From Stegostoma tigrinum (taxonomy: Eukaryota): a DNA stretch of 64,000 bases. The position numbers were made by a program, and so were the translations under genes. The notes beneath the pieces were generated by a model. The model was not told the DNA's origin. It saw nothing but the letters and a program-made list of their open reading frames with translations, and searched no databases. The stretch covers positions 21,350,629 through 21,414,628 of the forward strand of contig NC_081391.1 of the NCBI RefSeq assembly GCF_030684315.1, given 5' to 3'. Below are positions 48,402-62,600 of the stretch, one piece after another. How positions within the stretch are numbered: the stretch's first letter is position 1; each line of letters opens with the position of its first letter.

Positions 48402-50676
48402 ATGGTTTCCCAAGTGTGTCAGAACTACCACAAGGACTGTGAGGATGCTGTTAACAAGCAGATCAACCTGGAGCTCTATTCCTCCTATGTTTACCTCTCC
48501 ATGGTGAGCTTTGTGGAATTGAAGCCTGTGCTATGATAGTGTTGACCTGTTTGGTTTTTACGCTGGGTTAATGAATTAGCTGTAACATGTATTATTTTCT
48601 GTGGCCCTTCCCCTGTTGCAATCTAGTGCAGGTCTTAACACTGACTCTCTGTTCAAAACTTGACCACTGTCTTCATGTCCAACTGGCTCCTGGATGTGGA
48701 TGCCCAGCTTGCTGTCTCTGGACAATGTAACCCTTGGTGATTTTTTCATTTAACTCTGGAGGGATGATCTGGTCTTGGTCAATAATTAATTTTTGTAAAA
48801 CTTTGGTTGTATTCCTTTTCTCAACAAAAGCTTTTCCTGACACAAATATACTCCTTTTTTAAAACCTTGCCCTATTCACCGGACTGTCTTGTGCTCAAGA
48901 TGTCAAGTTCCCTGAACTAAAAGAACAGCTGCTGCTAGACATTAAACACTAACAAAAATAGCTAGAAAAGCTCTACAGAGCTGGAAGAAATCCAAGCTCT
49001 GGGTCCATTGACCCTTTCTCAGAAGTGGCTTTGAGCTATGCAATGTGAGGAAAGGGGCACATTTTCAGACTATGTATGTGTTTTTTTTTCTTTCTCTCTA
49101 ACAAAGCAGTTAAAATTCTGTGGAGTGGGTGGTAGGACACTGCGGTTATTCAGGTGGGTGATAGTGATAATGAGACTGCTGACTGAGCTTTCTGGTTGTG
49201 TTAATGAACACATGTCCCTTCATTCAGTTGGACAGGGGCCGAACTGGTCTCCACCTCCTGAACAATAGTGTTTCTAACCTGCAGAGCAGGGATGTCTAAT
49301 GGCTCTAGACAGCTCTCCCCTTCATCATCCATGGAAGGTGACTTCCTGCTTTGTCTGTTTTTTTAACCACTTAAATGTGGAATCCAGATGGTGCCCAGGT
49401 TAGTTCCTGAGTGAGGAGTGTCATTCATGAATTTCAGACAGTTTCCTTTTAGCCTCTCTCTTCCCACAGTTCTCTTACTTTGACCGGGATGATGTTGCCC
49501 TGCATCGCTTTGCTGAGTTCTTCAAGGAGCAGTCCCATGAGGAACGGGAACACGCTGAGAAACTGATGGCATTCCAGAATAAACGTGGAGGTCGAGTCAT
49601 CCTGCAGGACATCAAGGTTAGATTCTGAAGCCTTCTGTTTGCAGCTTTTTGTGAGCAGCTACAATCGACTGGTATCTCCATCTATTTAGCTTTAGCCTTG
49701 AACAAATACTGTGTGAAGGGGAGGGTGTTCACCAAAATAGGATTCCTTTAGGTTGAAAGGAAATACTCTGCACTTATGAGGGCAATTGAGAGGAACCAGA
49801 ATAGTGAGTAGATATCAATGTGAATGACTCTCCTTCAGACAGAATGAGGTAACAAAAGCTAAGACAGGAAATTGTTGCACTGTGGAAAGTAGCAGTGTCC
49901 AGCCTTTCTGAATCTGGAAGATGTTTCTAACACCACAATAGTGAAGCCAGGAACTACTTCCATTGGTACCTATTCTCTACATGTGAATTCTGAGAATCTA
50001 CATTAACAGTAGAATGTGTCTAGAAAATTTGTTATTCCCTCAGTACAAAATCTAGTTGTTGTCTTCAAATTAAAGTTGGTTTGCAGTACCTCCCCTACAA
50101 TGATGAGGGATAACTAACTGATCAGATGTAGACTAATGATACAACTGCCTGCTGAACTGTGCTTTCTGTTCCTGCTTCCCTCCCTCCAGAAGCCAGAGCA
50201 GGATGAGTGGGGCAGTGGTCTGGAGGCAATGCAGAGAGCTCTGCAGATGGAGAAGGATGTGAACCAGAGTCTGCTGGATCTGCACAAACTCGCCTCTGGC
50301 CACACTGACCCTCATGTGAGTTTGTAAACTTTCTTCTTGGAAGAAAGTGGTGTGTTTGTGCACTCTCTGGGTAAAAATCCAATTACCTTCTCCCAGCCTC
50401 CTGCAGGCTGTTAAAACAAACTTACAAATGCATCACCTCAGTGGACCTCCACCTGGTTGTGATGGTCACATCTGTCATGGGGGTCACTTTCAGACACTTT
50501 TGATCCTCTGGATTAATTTTCTCTTCCAGCTGTGTGACTTCCTGGAGAGGCAATACTTGGATGAGCAAGTGAAGATGATCAAGAAGCTGGGAGATCACAT
50601 CACCAACCTGAAGAGACTGGGAGCCCCTGACAATGGCATGGGAGAGTACCTGTTTGACAGGCTCACACTCGGCTGA
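48402..50676 (+). CDS. FTH1: Ferritin heavy-chain-like copy 9 (intact, 173 aa)
   Basis: Exons 48402-48503, 49470-49616, 50190-50315 and 50530-50676. GT-AG introns, no stops; ends LTLG. Confidence 0.93.
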
Positions 50677-52748
50677 ATGGGGTCAATAATGTGTATGTTG
50701 TACATGGTGACATAATGCTAGTAACTTGGTTGTGCTCTGAGCAAATTAAAATAGTGTTCACCATGCAACTGAGTACTTTGCATAATTTCACAGCTGCTTC
50801 TGGCTCTTGGTATTGCTGTTTGACACCTGATCATGAAGTGTTTTTCTGTTCTGATTAACCTTTGATTCAATGCCTGCCCCACTGGCTTGCTCCTTTTCTC
50901 TTGTTTGTAGGAATTAGGTGGGCAATCCTTGTAGTGGAAATTCCACAAGTGTTCAGTTTGGGTTTTTTTGGCTAGTAAGCAGTGTTGTATTGACTTCTTT
51001 ATTCCAAACCAGCTTCTGGTCAATATCTTCAGTGAAACCAGCCCCCTGTCTCAATGTTAGACACTGCCCTTGCAAATGTTTAGGTCTCTTTTGTAAATAA
51101 GCAGGGGCAGGAAATAGCAAGTTTGGGGAGCATCTGTGGAGAGAAAACTGTTCAGTCCCAGGACCCAAGCTTTCCAGCAATTTTGTTGTCGCACTTCAAA
51201 TCTAATGATTTGAGCATACATTCACTCTTTTTGGAACAGGAATATATATAGCAGAACATCCAGCATTTCAGATGCACTGATCTTTAGCATTTAGATAAGC
51301 AATTGTGTCCAGATGTGGGAAATTGGTTTCTCTCTCTTGCTGCGGTGGTGGAAGGAGTGAGGGCAGTGGCTGTTTGTAGGAGAATGGCAAAGTTTGTTTT
51401 CTTGTGTATCAGTCTCTCTGCTTCTAGACAATGATCCTGATTAGGTAATGAAGCAGTCCCCACCTTCGAGCCCCTGTGGTAGAACTTCTATCACTTCTCT
51501 GCAGTCTAAGGACGCCAAATGCTCATGACACCAGGAGAAAATAAAGCTCGAACCCAAATGCCACTGGCAGAAAGCAGCAGTTCCTATTCTTAGCAAGGAA
51601 ATAAGCTCTCCTGATGTAGATTGACTGACTGGAATGTACCTACACCTGCAGAGCACTCTGGCTGCCTAATTACTGATGCTCAGGGGTGACAGATTCCTTT
51701 ATAAAAAGGATGAGGATGTCTCTGAGCTGACACCATTTATCCATTTCCGATTGCCCCCGCCAAAGCCAGGTCAGAGTGTCACGCTTTGCTGTGGTTGCAG
51801 TGTCATATGCAGGCCAGACTAAGTAAGGATGCATTTTTGACACTGAATTTAATGCTACTCATCAGTTTCTTAATTCTAGAACTCCAGAGAGTTGTTGCAC
51901 AGAATTAGATCAGTCCACCACTCCAGAAATGTGATGGCCTCCCGCTCCCACCAGCCACGAGATTCATTCTTTGCACCACTGACACACACAGAGTACACTG
52001 TGTACTGCCTCCCAAAAGCTGCAGAAATCCACCATCGCTCCTGAGACAATACTTTCCATAGCCCTAATTACGTGCCATGGGAGAAAAGCATCTCATACAG
52101 GGGAACACCACCCCCTCTAACTACTCCACCAAGCGACATGCCATCCTGAGTTGGAAACGTGACCCGCCATGCTCCAGGGTCGGTGGATCAGAATCCTGGA
52201 ATTCCCTCACTCAGAACATTATGGATCTGACGACAGCAAATAGGCAACAGCAATTCAAGAAGGAAAGCCACCACATTCTCTCATGGTGAGCCTGATCTCA
52301 GACCGGGTCCAATACCTCGGGATGGGCCTTCTTTTGTGAAATTGTCAAGTCCTAGTTCAACCCCATCTGGAGTGCACTGTTCCAGTAGGTTCAATCCAAA
52401 GATGCTTATGCACAGAATTTCTGGAATGAACCTGGGCAGAAAGTTAATTGGCTACGATGATAATAGTTTTCCCAAGTCTCTCGGTGTAGAAGTGGAAGGG
52501 ATGTCTGTGCTTGAAATTTACAAGTGGATTCATGGATTTGATAGGGTAGATAGAGAGATCCTGCTTCTTTTCAATTCCATTCCAGGACCGAGAGTGGGGA
52601 ATATGATTACATTCCTAGTAGTAGAAGTAAATCATCCATGATAAAGCAAAAAACAGCTGCTTTTTGGAAAGGATAATATGTGAATGAGCAGTTAGATATT
52701 TATTCGGTAAGATATTGATGTTGCCAATCACTTTCCCATTGCAACATA

Positions 52749-53910
52749 TGACCAAACAGGTAGATGAGAGAAAACCGGTTGATGTGGTGTATATGGATTT
52801 CGGCAAGGCTTTCGATTAGGCTATTGTACAAAATACGGAGGAATGGGATTGTGGGAGATATAGCAGTTTGGATCAGAAATTGGCTTGCTGAAAGAAGACA
52901 GCGTGGTGGTTGATGGGAAATGTTCATCCTAGAGACCGGTTACTCGCGGTGTACCGCAAGGGTCGGTGCTGGGTCCACTGCTGTTTGTCATTTTTATAAA
53001 CGTAGAAGGATGGGTTAGTAAATTTGCAGACGACACGAAGGTCGGTGGAGATGTGGATAGTGACGAAGAATGTTGTAGGTTACAGAGAGACGTAGATAAG
53101 TTGCAGAGCTGGGCTGAGAGGTGGCAAACGGAGGTTAATGCGGACAAGTGTGAGGTGTTGTACTTTGGTAGGAGGAACCGGAAGGCAAAGTACTGTAAGA
53201 TTCTTGGTAGTGTAGATGAGCAGAGAGATCTCGGTGACCATGTACACAGATCCTTGAAAGTTGCCACCCAGGTTGACAGGGTTGTTAAGAAGGCATACAG
53301 TGTTTTAGCTTTTATGAATCCAGGGATCATGTTCCGGAACCAAGAGGTTATGCTGCAGCTGTACAAAACTCTGGTGCGGCCGCACTTGGAGCATTGCGTA
53401 CAATTCTGGTCACCGCGTTATAAGAAGGATGTGGAAGTTTTGGAAAGGGTGCAGAGGAGGTTTACTAGGATGTTGCCTGGTATGGAGGGAAAGTCTTACG
53501 AGGAAAGGCTGAGGGACTTGAGGCTGTTCTCGTTAGAGAGAAGAAGGTTGAGAGGTGACTTAATTGAGACATATAAGATAATCAAAGGGTTAGACAGGTT
53601 GGATAGGGAGAGCCTTTTCCCTAGGACGGAAACGGCGAGCACGAGGGGGCATAGCTTTAAATTGAGGGGTGAAAGATATAGGACAGATGTCAGAGGTAGT
53701 TGCTTTACTCAGAGAATAGTAAGGGTATGGAACGCTTTGCCTACAACGGTCGTAGATTCACCAACTTTAAGTACATTTAAGTCGTCATTGGACAAGCATA
53801 TGGACGTACGTGGAATAGTGTTGGTTAGATGAGCTTCAGATCGGTATGACAGGTCGGCACAACGTCAGGGCCGAAGGGCCTGTACTGTGCTGTAATGTTC
53901 TATGTTCTAT
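52749..53910 (+). mobile_element. 5'-truncated CR1 LINE (type a) with TSD AACATA; 288-codon open ORF2 fragment
   Basis: ORF 52966-53832. Tail tgttctatgttctat. AACATA at 52743-52748 and 53911-53916. Confidence 0.93.
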
Positions 53911-55043
53911 AACATAAAAGATTAATGCATTTTGGTTGAGAAACATAGAAAGACAAAACAGGCTCGATGTTACAAATCTGAGGTGAGTACGGGAGCAGAG
54001 GGACTTTGGGTTTCAAGTATGTGATTATCTGAAAGTGGCCGAGCGGGACTAACCTGCTATGAAGAAGGCTTTTGTGAAATGTGTGTTTTCAAATAGATGC
54101 GGAGAGTATAAAAGCGAGGAATAGATGTTACACCTCCACAAATCATGGGTTAGACCACATTTGCAGTACTGTGTTCAGTTCTGGGCATGGTATTTAAGGA
54201 AGGTCATTAAAGCCCTCGACAGAGTTCAAAGGGCATTTACGAGAATGACACCAGGAATGAGGGATTTTAGATACAAGGAAAGATGAAGGAAATTGGGATA
54301 AATCTCCTTGAAGCATAGTTGATTAAGAGGTGTCCCCGTTGAAGTGACAAAAATAATGAACATTCTGTCAGGGTAAAGGAGGATATCCTGTTTTCACCAG
54401 TTGATACGGCAGTGATGAGGGGTCACAATTTGTCAGTAAGGGAGCTCTGAGATGAGGACAAACCTCTCTATTCAGAAGGTTGTTAGGATTTGGAATCTGA
54501 TGCCTGGGAGAGTGGCGGAGGTAGATCCCATAGGTGGCTTCAAAACAAGAGCTGGATATATACTTGGGAGTGACGAATATAGAGGGTATAGGGCTGGAGA
54601 GGGGGACTAGGTGGGTAGCTCTTTCGGAAGCCGATACGGACATGATGGGCTGAATGGCCTCTGTCGTTAAAAATCCTCTGAATGTCCACCCAGGAACTTT
54701 TGTAAATTTTGGGTTTGTATTCCTCTCAGTCTTAAATGTCCAACCCAGTCCTCTTACATCAGGATACCCTGATCCTGGACTCCCCCATCATTGGGAACAT
54801 CCTTCCTGTCCTTGCCCCGTCTGATCCTGTCACAGTTTTCTATGACCCAGAGCCAATTTGCCACCTTTCTGTCTCATATCCCAGCACAACAGGCTGAGAA
54901 ACCGACAACTCTTCTTCATTGACTTCCTCGTGCAGTTTGTCACAACCACCTTAATTTAGAAACAAAATGTTAAAGCTTTTTTCAATTGCCAGTCATCATC
55001 AGTTCTGCCCTTCTCTGTGTCAGTGCGGGATGGCCCCCAGGAG

Positions 55044-55050
55044 TATAAAT
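55044..55050 (+). promoter_or_regulatory. TATA box of pseudogene copy 10
   Basis: TATAAAT 74 nt upstream of the ATG at 55118. The upstream CCAAT block is missing. Confidence 0.5.
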
Positions 55051-55117
55051 ACAGAGCTTGTCGGGGAGCAACTCAGTTCTAGGGTGGTCTTGGTTTTAAT
55101 GAACAAGGCTAGTGAAG

Positions 55118-57527
55118 ATGGTTTCCCAAGTGTGTCAGACCTACCACAAGGACTGTGAGGATGCTGTGAACAAACAGATCAACCTGGAGCTTTATTCCTC
55201 CTATGTTTACCTCTCCATGGTGAGACTTGTGATCTTGAATGGTCTATTTCAGTGTTAGGGCTGTGATATGATTGTACTGAGCCTTTAAGTGGCTTCTTGC
55301 TCAATGATTTAGTACTACCATATATCTTGTCTGTTGTCCTTCCTGGAATGAATCCTGTGAGTGCTCTTAATACTAATTCTGTAGCAATTTTAAGCTTGTC
55401 TTGTGTTGGAGCTGGCTCTTGTCTAGGAGTCCCCAGTATGTTGTAATTCTGGGCAGAGCACATTTTTGGTGCTGAGGGATGGCCTGGTTCTGCTTCTTAA
55501 TTCAACTCCTCCTTCCATGTTGATATCAATGGCCCATTTATATTTGAAATCATTTACATCCTTGTGGAAGCCTGCATCAGTCCAAATCTAACTTTTTATA
55601 TCTTGTCCTTTTAATGAAGCCTTTTTTTTAATAAACATCCTAACTGTGATTAACTACTGGAAATAAAAGACTAAAATGAGCTGCTGGAAAAGCTTAGTGG
55701 GTCTGGTAGGATCTGTGGTGAGAAATCAGTTCCTGTTTTTGGTCCGGTGACCTTTCCTTCATGGTTTTTAGTTGCTACTTATGAGGAGCAGACTTTTTCC
55801 ACTCCCAAGATGGATTATCTGGAACAAAAATCAGTCACTGTCTCTTGTGCAGATGAGGTGTTAGGACAGTGGGGCTAAATCAGATGAGTGATGTTGGTAA
55901 TGTGAGGAGCTCAGATTTCAGCTTCTCTTGGTCAACATGCACATGTCCCTTCGTTCAGTTGGACAATGCCCTGATTGGCTTCCAGCACTGGGTAATAGTG
56001 TTTCTGACCTGCAGTGCAGGGATGTCTAATGCCTGTTGCCAGCTGTGACCGTCACCGTGCACTGTCTCACCAAGTCACCGACCAGCGGTTGTAGCGGGTG
56101 CTACTTAATCTTTATTTCTAGATGTTTGAACAAATGTCTGTCTAGTTTAGTTTATGGATGACCATAAATGTAAATACCTGTCTTCTTACTGTCCATCTAA
56201 CTTCCATTTCGTGAGCAAAACCAAGCTGAATTGAGTGAAATTTACTTCCCATTTTGTCTGTTTGCAGTTCTCTCTCTTTGACCAGGATGATGTTGCCCTC
56301 CATCACTTTGCTGAGTTCTTCAAGGAGCAGTCCCATGAGGAGCGGGAACATGCTGAGAAACTGATGGCATTCCAGAATAAACGTGGAGGCTGAGTCCTCC
56401 TGCAGGACATCAAGGTTGGATTCTGAGAATGTCTGTCTGTTTGCAGCTTTTTGAGCAGCGACAATCGAATGGTATCTCCATCTATTTAGCTTCAGGATTG
56501 ATCAAATACTATGTCAAGGGCAAGTTGTTCCCCGAAACAGGATTTGTTTAGGGAAAAGGGAAATACTTTGCATTTGTGACTCAATAGCAGAAGGCAATTC
56601 AGATGATCCAGGCTACTGGATGGTGAGCACATGTCCCTGTATGTGACTCTATATGGACAAGGTGAGGTAACAAAAGGTAAGGCTGAGAACTTGCAGCTAC
56701 AAAAAGCAGCAGCATCCAACCTCACTACATCTAGAAGAGGTTTGTAATGCCTTGGGACCATTCTGGTCACTACATCAAACAGTAAAGCAAGGGATTACTT
56801 CCATTGCGACTGATTCTAGATACGACTTCTTTCAGAATTCACAGTAACAGTGAGATATGTTAACATTTCTTTATTCTCAGGCCAGCATAAAATCTAGAGG
56901 GTTTTTGTATCCAAGTAAAATTTTTTGTCTGAATGTAACCCCTGGAAATGATGAGGGATAACTAACTGATCAGATGTAGACTAATGATACAACTGCCTGC
57001 TGAGCTGTGCTTTCTGTTCCTGCTTCCCTCCCTTCAGAAGCCAGAGCAGGATGAGTGCGGCAATGGTCTGGAGGTGATGCAGAGAGCTCTGCAGATGGAG
57101 AAGGATGTGAACCAGAGTCTGCTGGATCTGCACAAACTTGCCTCTGACCACATAGACCCTCATGTGAGGTTTTATCCCTTTCCTGGTAGAAAGTGATCTG
57201 TTTGTGTACTTCCAGGGTGGGGAATCCAATTATTTTTCTACCTGCCTCCTGCAGGATGTTTAAACAAAACCTTGTGAAGGCATCACTTGCATGCCCCTCC
57301 CCCATAGGGAGGTGATGGTCACTTCTGTCATGGGAGGTCACTGACATTTTTTGATCCTTGTTGGATTAATTTTGTCTTCCAGCTGTGATTTCATGGAGAG
57401 GCACTACTTGGATAAGCAAGTGAAGATGATCAAGAAGCTGGGAGATCACATCACCAACCTGAAGAGACTGGGAGCCCCTGACAATGGCATGGGAGACTAC
57501 ATGTTTGACAGGCTGCCACTCCATTGA
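55118..57527 (+). pseudogene. FTH1: Ferritin copy 10 pseudogene (four exons)
   Basis: Exons 55118-55219, 56268-56414 (TGA at 56391), 57038-57163 and 57383-57527 (2-bp deletion). Confidence 0.9.
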
Positions 57528-59293
57528 ATGGGGTCAATATCTATATCTGTTGTACATGGTGACCTCATTCTACTAAATGACTAGTTGTTCTCTGAGCAAA
57601 TTAAAAGAGTGTTCACCATGGAACTGAGTACAGTGTGTAATTTTCATAGCTTCTGGTTCTTGGAGGTTTTTTGTGTTTTAACATCTGGTAATCAAATCCA
57701 TTTTCTGTTCTTTCTTGCAACCTTTGATTCAATGCCTGCCCCAGTAATTTGCTCGGTGTTTGCTTCTGCTGAGCGTCTGTCTGTAGGGATTGAGTGGGCA
57801 ATCTTGTCCTTGGAAATGCCACAACTGGCAAATATCTGCATTGCAGACAATGCCAGAACAAAATCTGTCCTCAGCTTTCCCAGGACAATTTTTCAGGACC
57901 AGCTTCGGCTCAAAACCATGACTGAAATCTGTCCTGTGCCTAAACATTAGGCATTGCCAAGGCCCGTCCATTCATTCAATCTTCAGCATTTTTGGAAAAA
58001 CCAAGCTGACACTGGAAACCAGGAACAAAAGCTGCTGGGAAATCTCAGGTTTGGTAGTGAGAAGTGTTGAACAGAACCGGGACATGAGACACGTGTTTAT
58101 CTCTTGACTGATTTTGTTGCCAGGCCATGAGGTGTTTTCCACCTACTTGTTCTCTTGCTTAAATCCTACTGACTTTAATAGGTCACAAAATTCCTCATTA
58201 CAAGAATATAAAGTTGACCAATCGTGCAAGGTACACCTGCTTTTCTGCAATTGCTTACCATTTACATGTTTCCTGCGCTAGAGAATTGTTTCTCTAGTAT
58301 GTCCTTTCCATTCAGTAGAATGAAAGCTCTGCTTTCTCCCTGACAATGCTAATGACTATGGCCTCTATTAGGCAATGAAGCAGTGCCCACCTTCTAAAGC
58401 ATCTGCTGTAACTCCTGTCCTTGCTCTGCAATGCAAAGGTGACAAATGCTGAGGACACCTGATGACAATAAAGCTAAAAACAAAATACCACTTGCAGAAG
58501 TCAGTAGTTCCAATTTCCTTTACATTTAATTGTGAAGAAAATCAGCTTTCTGATGTAATCTGGCCTCCATGTGGCTCCACACACGCTGCATTGGGTCTAG
58601 CTCATTGCTGTCAATCACAATCAGTCACTGGTTTCTAATGGGTGACCACTGACAATTCCTTGACAGGATAAGGATGTCACTGACCAGGCAGCATTTATCC
58701 TCTGTCTGAACTGCCCATGGGACAATTAGTCAACCACAGTGCTTTAGGCTTGGTGTCATATACTGGCCAGACCAGGTAAGGATGGCAGTTTGGCAGTTCC
58801 CTTCCCTAAATGACTTCAGTGAAAAGGATATTTTATTCAGACTAGGAATTGCATGCTCATTTTTAGGTTCATAATGCCCAAAGAGAGTTTTTCAGACAGA
58901 ATCAGGACAATGGGCCTCAGTCCCACACTCCAGAAGCTTAACAGTTGCCAGCTCAGAGCAGCCACGAGATTCACTCCTTCCACCACTGACACACAGGGAC
59001 TGCAATGTGTACTATCACCAAATGTTGTAGAAATCCACCAAAGCTCCTTAGACAACACACGTGCTGTTAGATATTTATTGTGTAAGGCTTGACTTTGACA
59101 ATCACTTTCTAATTTCAACACTAAAAATATGTGAATAACACATTTTGTTTGAGAAACATAGAAAGACAAAACAGGCTCAATGTTCCAAATCTGATGTGAG
59201 TACAGGAGCAGAGAGACTTTGGGTTTCAAGTATGTGATTATCTGAAAGTGACCAGCCAAGATGATGCTGTTATTGAGAAGGCTGTGGTGAACC

Positions 59294-60483
59294 AAGCATG
59301 TGGATGAGGGAAGGGCAGTTGACGTGGTGTAATTGGACTTCAGTAAAGCCATTGATAAGGTTTCACATGGTAGGCTATTGGAGAAAATACAGAGGCAGAG
59401 AATTGAGGGAGATTTAGCAGTTTGGATTAGAAACTGGCTTTCTGTAAGAAGGCAACGAGTGGTGGTTGATGGAAAATATCCAGCCTGGAGTCAGGTCACT
59501 CGTAGTGTGCCTCAAGGATCTACTTTAGGACCACTGCTGTTTGTCATTTTTATAAATGACTTGGACGCAGGCATAGGTGGATGGGTTAGTAAGTTTGCAG
59601 ATGACACTAAAGTCGGTGGAGTGGTGGACGGTGTGGAAGAATGTTGCACGTTGCAGGGAGACTTGGATAAACTGCAGAATTGGGCTGAAAGGTGGCAAAT
59701 GGAGTTCAATGCAGATAAATGTGAGTTGATTCAATTTTGGGGGAATAACAGGAAGGCAGAATACTGGGTCAATGGAAAGATTCTTGGCAGTGCGGATGTG
59801 CAGATGGATCTTGGTGTCCATGTACATAGATCCTTGAAAGTTGTCACCCAGATTGATAATGCTGATAAGAAGGCTTACCGTGTGTTAGGTTTTATTGGTA
59901 GAGGGATTGAGTTCCGGAGCCGTGATGTCATGCTGCAACTGTACAAAACGCTAGTGCGGCCTCATTTGGAATATTGCGTGCAGTTCTGGTCACCCCATTA
60001 CAGGAAGGATGTGGAAGCATTGGGAAAGGTGCAGAGGAGATTTACCAGGATGTTGCCTGGTCTGGAGCGCAGGCCCTATGAAGAAACGCTGAGGGACTTG
60101 GATCTGTTCTCATTGGAGAGAAGTAGGCTAAGAGGGGATTTAATAGAGACATACAAGATGATCAGAGGATTAGATAGGGTGGACAGTGAGAGTCTTTTTC
60201 CGAGGATGATGACTTCAACTTGTACAAGGGGGCATAGCTACAAATTGCGGGGTGATACATTTAAGACATTTGTCAGAGGCAGGTTCTTTGCTCAGAGAGT
60301 GGTAAGGGCGTGGAAAGCCCTGCCTGCCAATGTAGTTAACTCAGCCACATTAGGGGCATTTAAACATTTCTTGGATAAGCATATGGATGGTGACGTGATT
60401 GTGTAGGAGGTGGGGCTTGGATTAGCTCACAGGTCGGCGCAACATCGAGGGCCGAAGGGCCCGTTCTGCGCTGTATTGTTCTA
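59294..60483 (+). mobile_element. 5'-truncated CR1 LINE (type c) with TSD TGAACC; 357-codon ORF2 fragment
   Basis: ORF 59333-60406 with RT motifs. Near-identical to 8690-9879. Confidence 0.93.
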
Positions 60484-62523
60484 TGAACCTTGTGTTTTCA
60501 AATTGAGGCATCGAGTATAAAAGCAAGGAATTGATGATACCCCTCTACAACTCATTGGTTAGACCACATTTGCAGTGATGTGCTCAGTTCTGGGCGTGGC
60601 TTTTAAGGAAGGGCATGCAAGCCCTGGACAGAGTTCAAAGGTGATTTATAATAATGACACCTGGAATGGGGAATTTCAGACACACGGAAAGATTAAAGAA
60701 ATAGCGCTTATTCTCCTTGGAGCAAGGAGCACTTGTTGAAGTGATCAAAATTATCACCAATTCTGTCAGGGTAAAGGGGGATATTCTGTTTTCACCAGTG
60801 GATACGTTAGTGACGAGGGGTCACAATTTGTCAGTGAGGGAGCTCACAGTGAGAGGAGGAGAAACCTCTTCACTCAGAAAGTTGGTAGGGTTTGGTATGC
60901 GTAGCTGACAGGAGTGATGGACGCAGATTCCGTAGGTGGCTTTAGAAAAGCAGCTGTATACATATATGGAAGTGGCAAATTTAGAGGGATACAGACATAG
61001 GGCTGGAGAGTGGGGCTGCGTGTGGAATGCTTTCAGAAACTGAATCAGGCACGATGGGCCAAATGGCCTCCTATCATTAAAAATCCTCTGCATGTTCCCC
61101 CAGGAAATTCTCAGAGTTTGGAGAGGGGCTTTGTACTCCTCTCAGTGGGCACCTGTACAAGGCACATTTAATGTGGGAAAGCTGTTACACATCAGCAGAG
61201 ACATGGTCCTTTACACAAGGTAGACCCAGTTCCACTGGCAAAGAAATGTTGACTGGGGATCCCCCCACTGCTGACCTTCACCCACCGTCACAGCCAACGA
61301 TAGCACACGCCTATCTTCCACCTGGATGGCCGTTGGGAACTTGTTTTGCATTGCACTTTACCAGGACCCTCCCCTCGATCGTACCGTCCTGGGTGGCCCT
61401 GCCAGGAGGTGAAATCCTCTTCAGGTATCACTCTCAGAACAAACAGAACACTCGAGGCTCTCCATCACTGCGAGGTGACAATCCACAGGCAGGAGCTGGA
61501 GGCAGGGAGATGCTGCTCAGGTACAGACCCATCACAGAATCGGAGAATTGTTGTGGCACAGCAGGCGGCCATTCGGTCCTTTGTGCCTGCACCTGTTCTG
61601 GTTGTTTTCTAATTCTGCCTGTAAAGATGTTACAAAATCTCTGGATCTGGTATGGACTTGGACCAAGGCTTCCTGGTCCACAGCTAGGGACATTACCCCT
61701 GCATCACAATACCCTGGCTGCACTGGTTGTACAAACTTAGAATCATCGAAAAAAAATTGTTGGATTCGGCCATTCAGCCCCCTCCAGACTGCTCTGCCAT
61801 TCCATGTGATTGTGGCTGATTCCATAACTCAGTCCCATCTTCCCACTCTCTCTCCATACTCTTTGATCCCTGCAGCCCTCAAAGCTACACCCAACTGCTC
61901 CTGGAAAACATTCAAAGTTTTGGCCTCAAATGTTTTCTGTGGCACAGAATTCCACAGGCCCCCCACTCTCTCGGTGAAGAGATTTCTCCTCATCTCAGGC
62001 CTAAATGTGTACTTAGGCTGTGACCCCTGGTCCTGAACTTTTCCATCATCAGGAACATCCTTCCTGTCTTTTCCACAGCTGACACTGTTACAATTTTCGA
62101 TGACCCCGAGCCAATTTCCCATCTTTCTTTCCCAAATCCCAGCACAACAGGCTGAGAAACTGACACTCCCCTTCCTCAATGAGTCCCTTGTGCAGTTGAT
62201 CACAACCACCATAATTTAAAAACAAAACGAGCAATCTTTTCTCAAACCATATTTACTTCTTTCAGAAAAGAACCAAATGACCTATGACCTGATTGAGTGG
62301 TGCAGAAGGTTTGAGATGCCGAATGGCCTCCTGCTGTTCCAATCACAGAATAACCATCCAGACCTGGCTCTCATCTCCACCTCTGATCAGCTCTGCTTAA
62401 CACACCCTCCCCCTCTCTCTCATTGGTGCCTCTATGCATGGGTGGCTCCTGATTGGCTAGCAGCAACTGTCAGTCATCATCAGTTCTGCCTCTCTCTGTG
62501 TGACTGCAGGATGGTCCCAGGAC

Positions 62524-62530
62524 TATAAAT
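62524..62530 (+). promoter_or_regulatory. TATA box of ferritin copy 11
   Basis: TATAAAT 77 nt upstream of the ATG at 62601. Confidence 0.65.
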
Positions 62531-62600
62531 ACAAGAGCCTGTGGGAGAGAGAGACTTAGTTCTAGAGTTTTCTTGGTGCTTGTGAGCAGGAATAGTGAAG

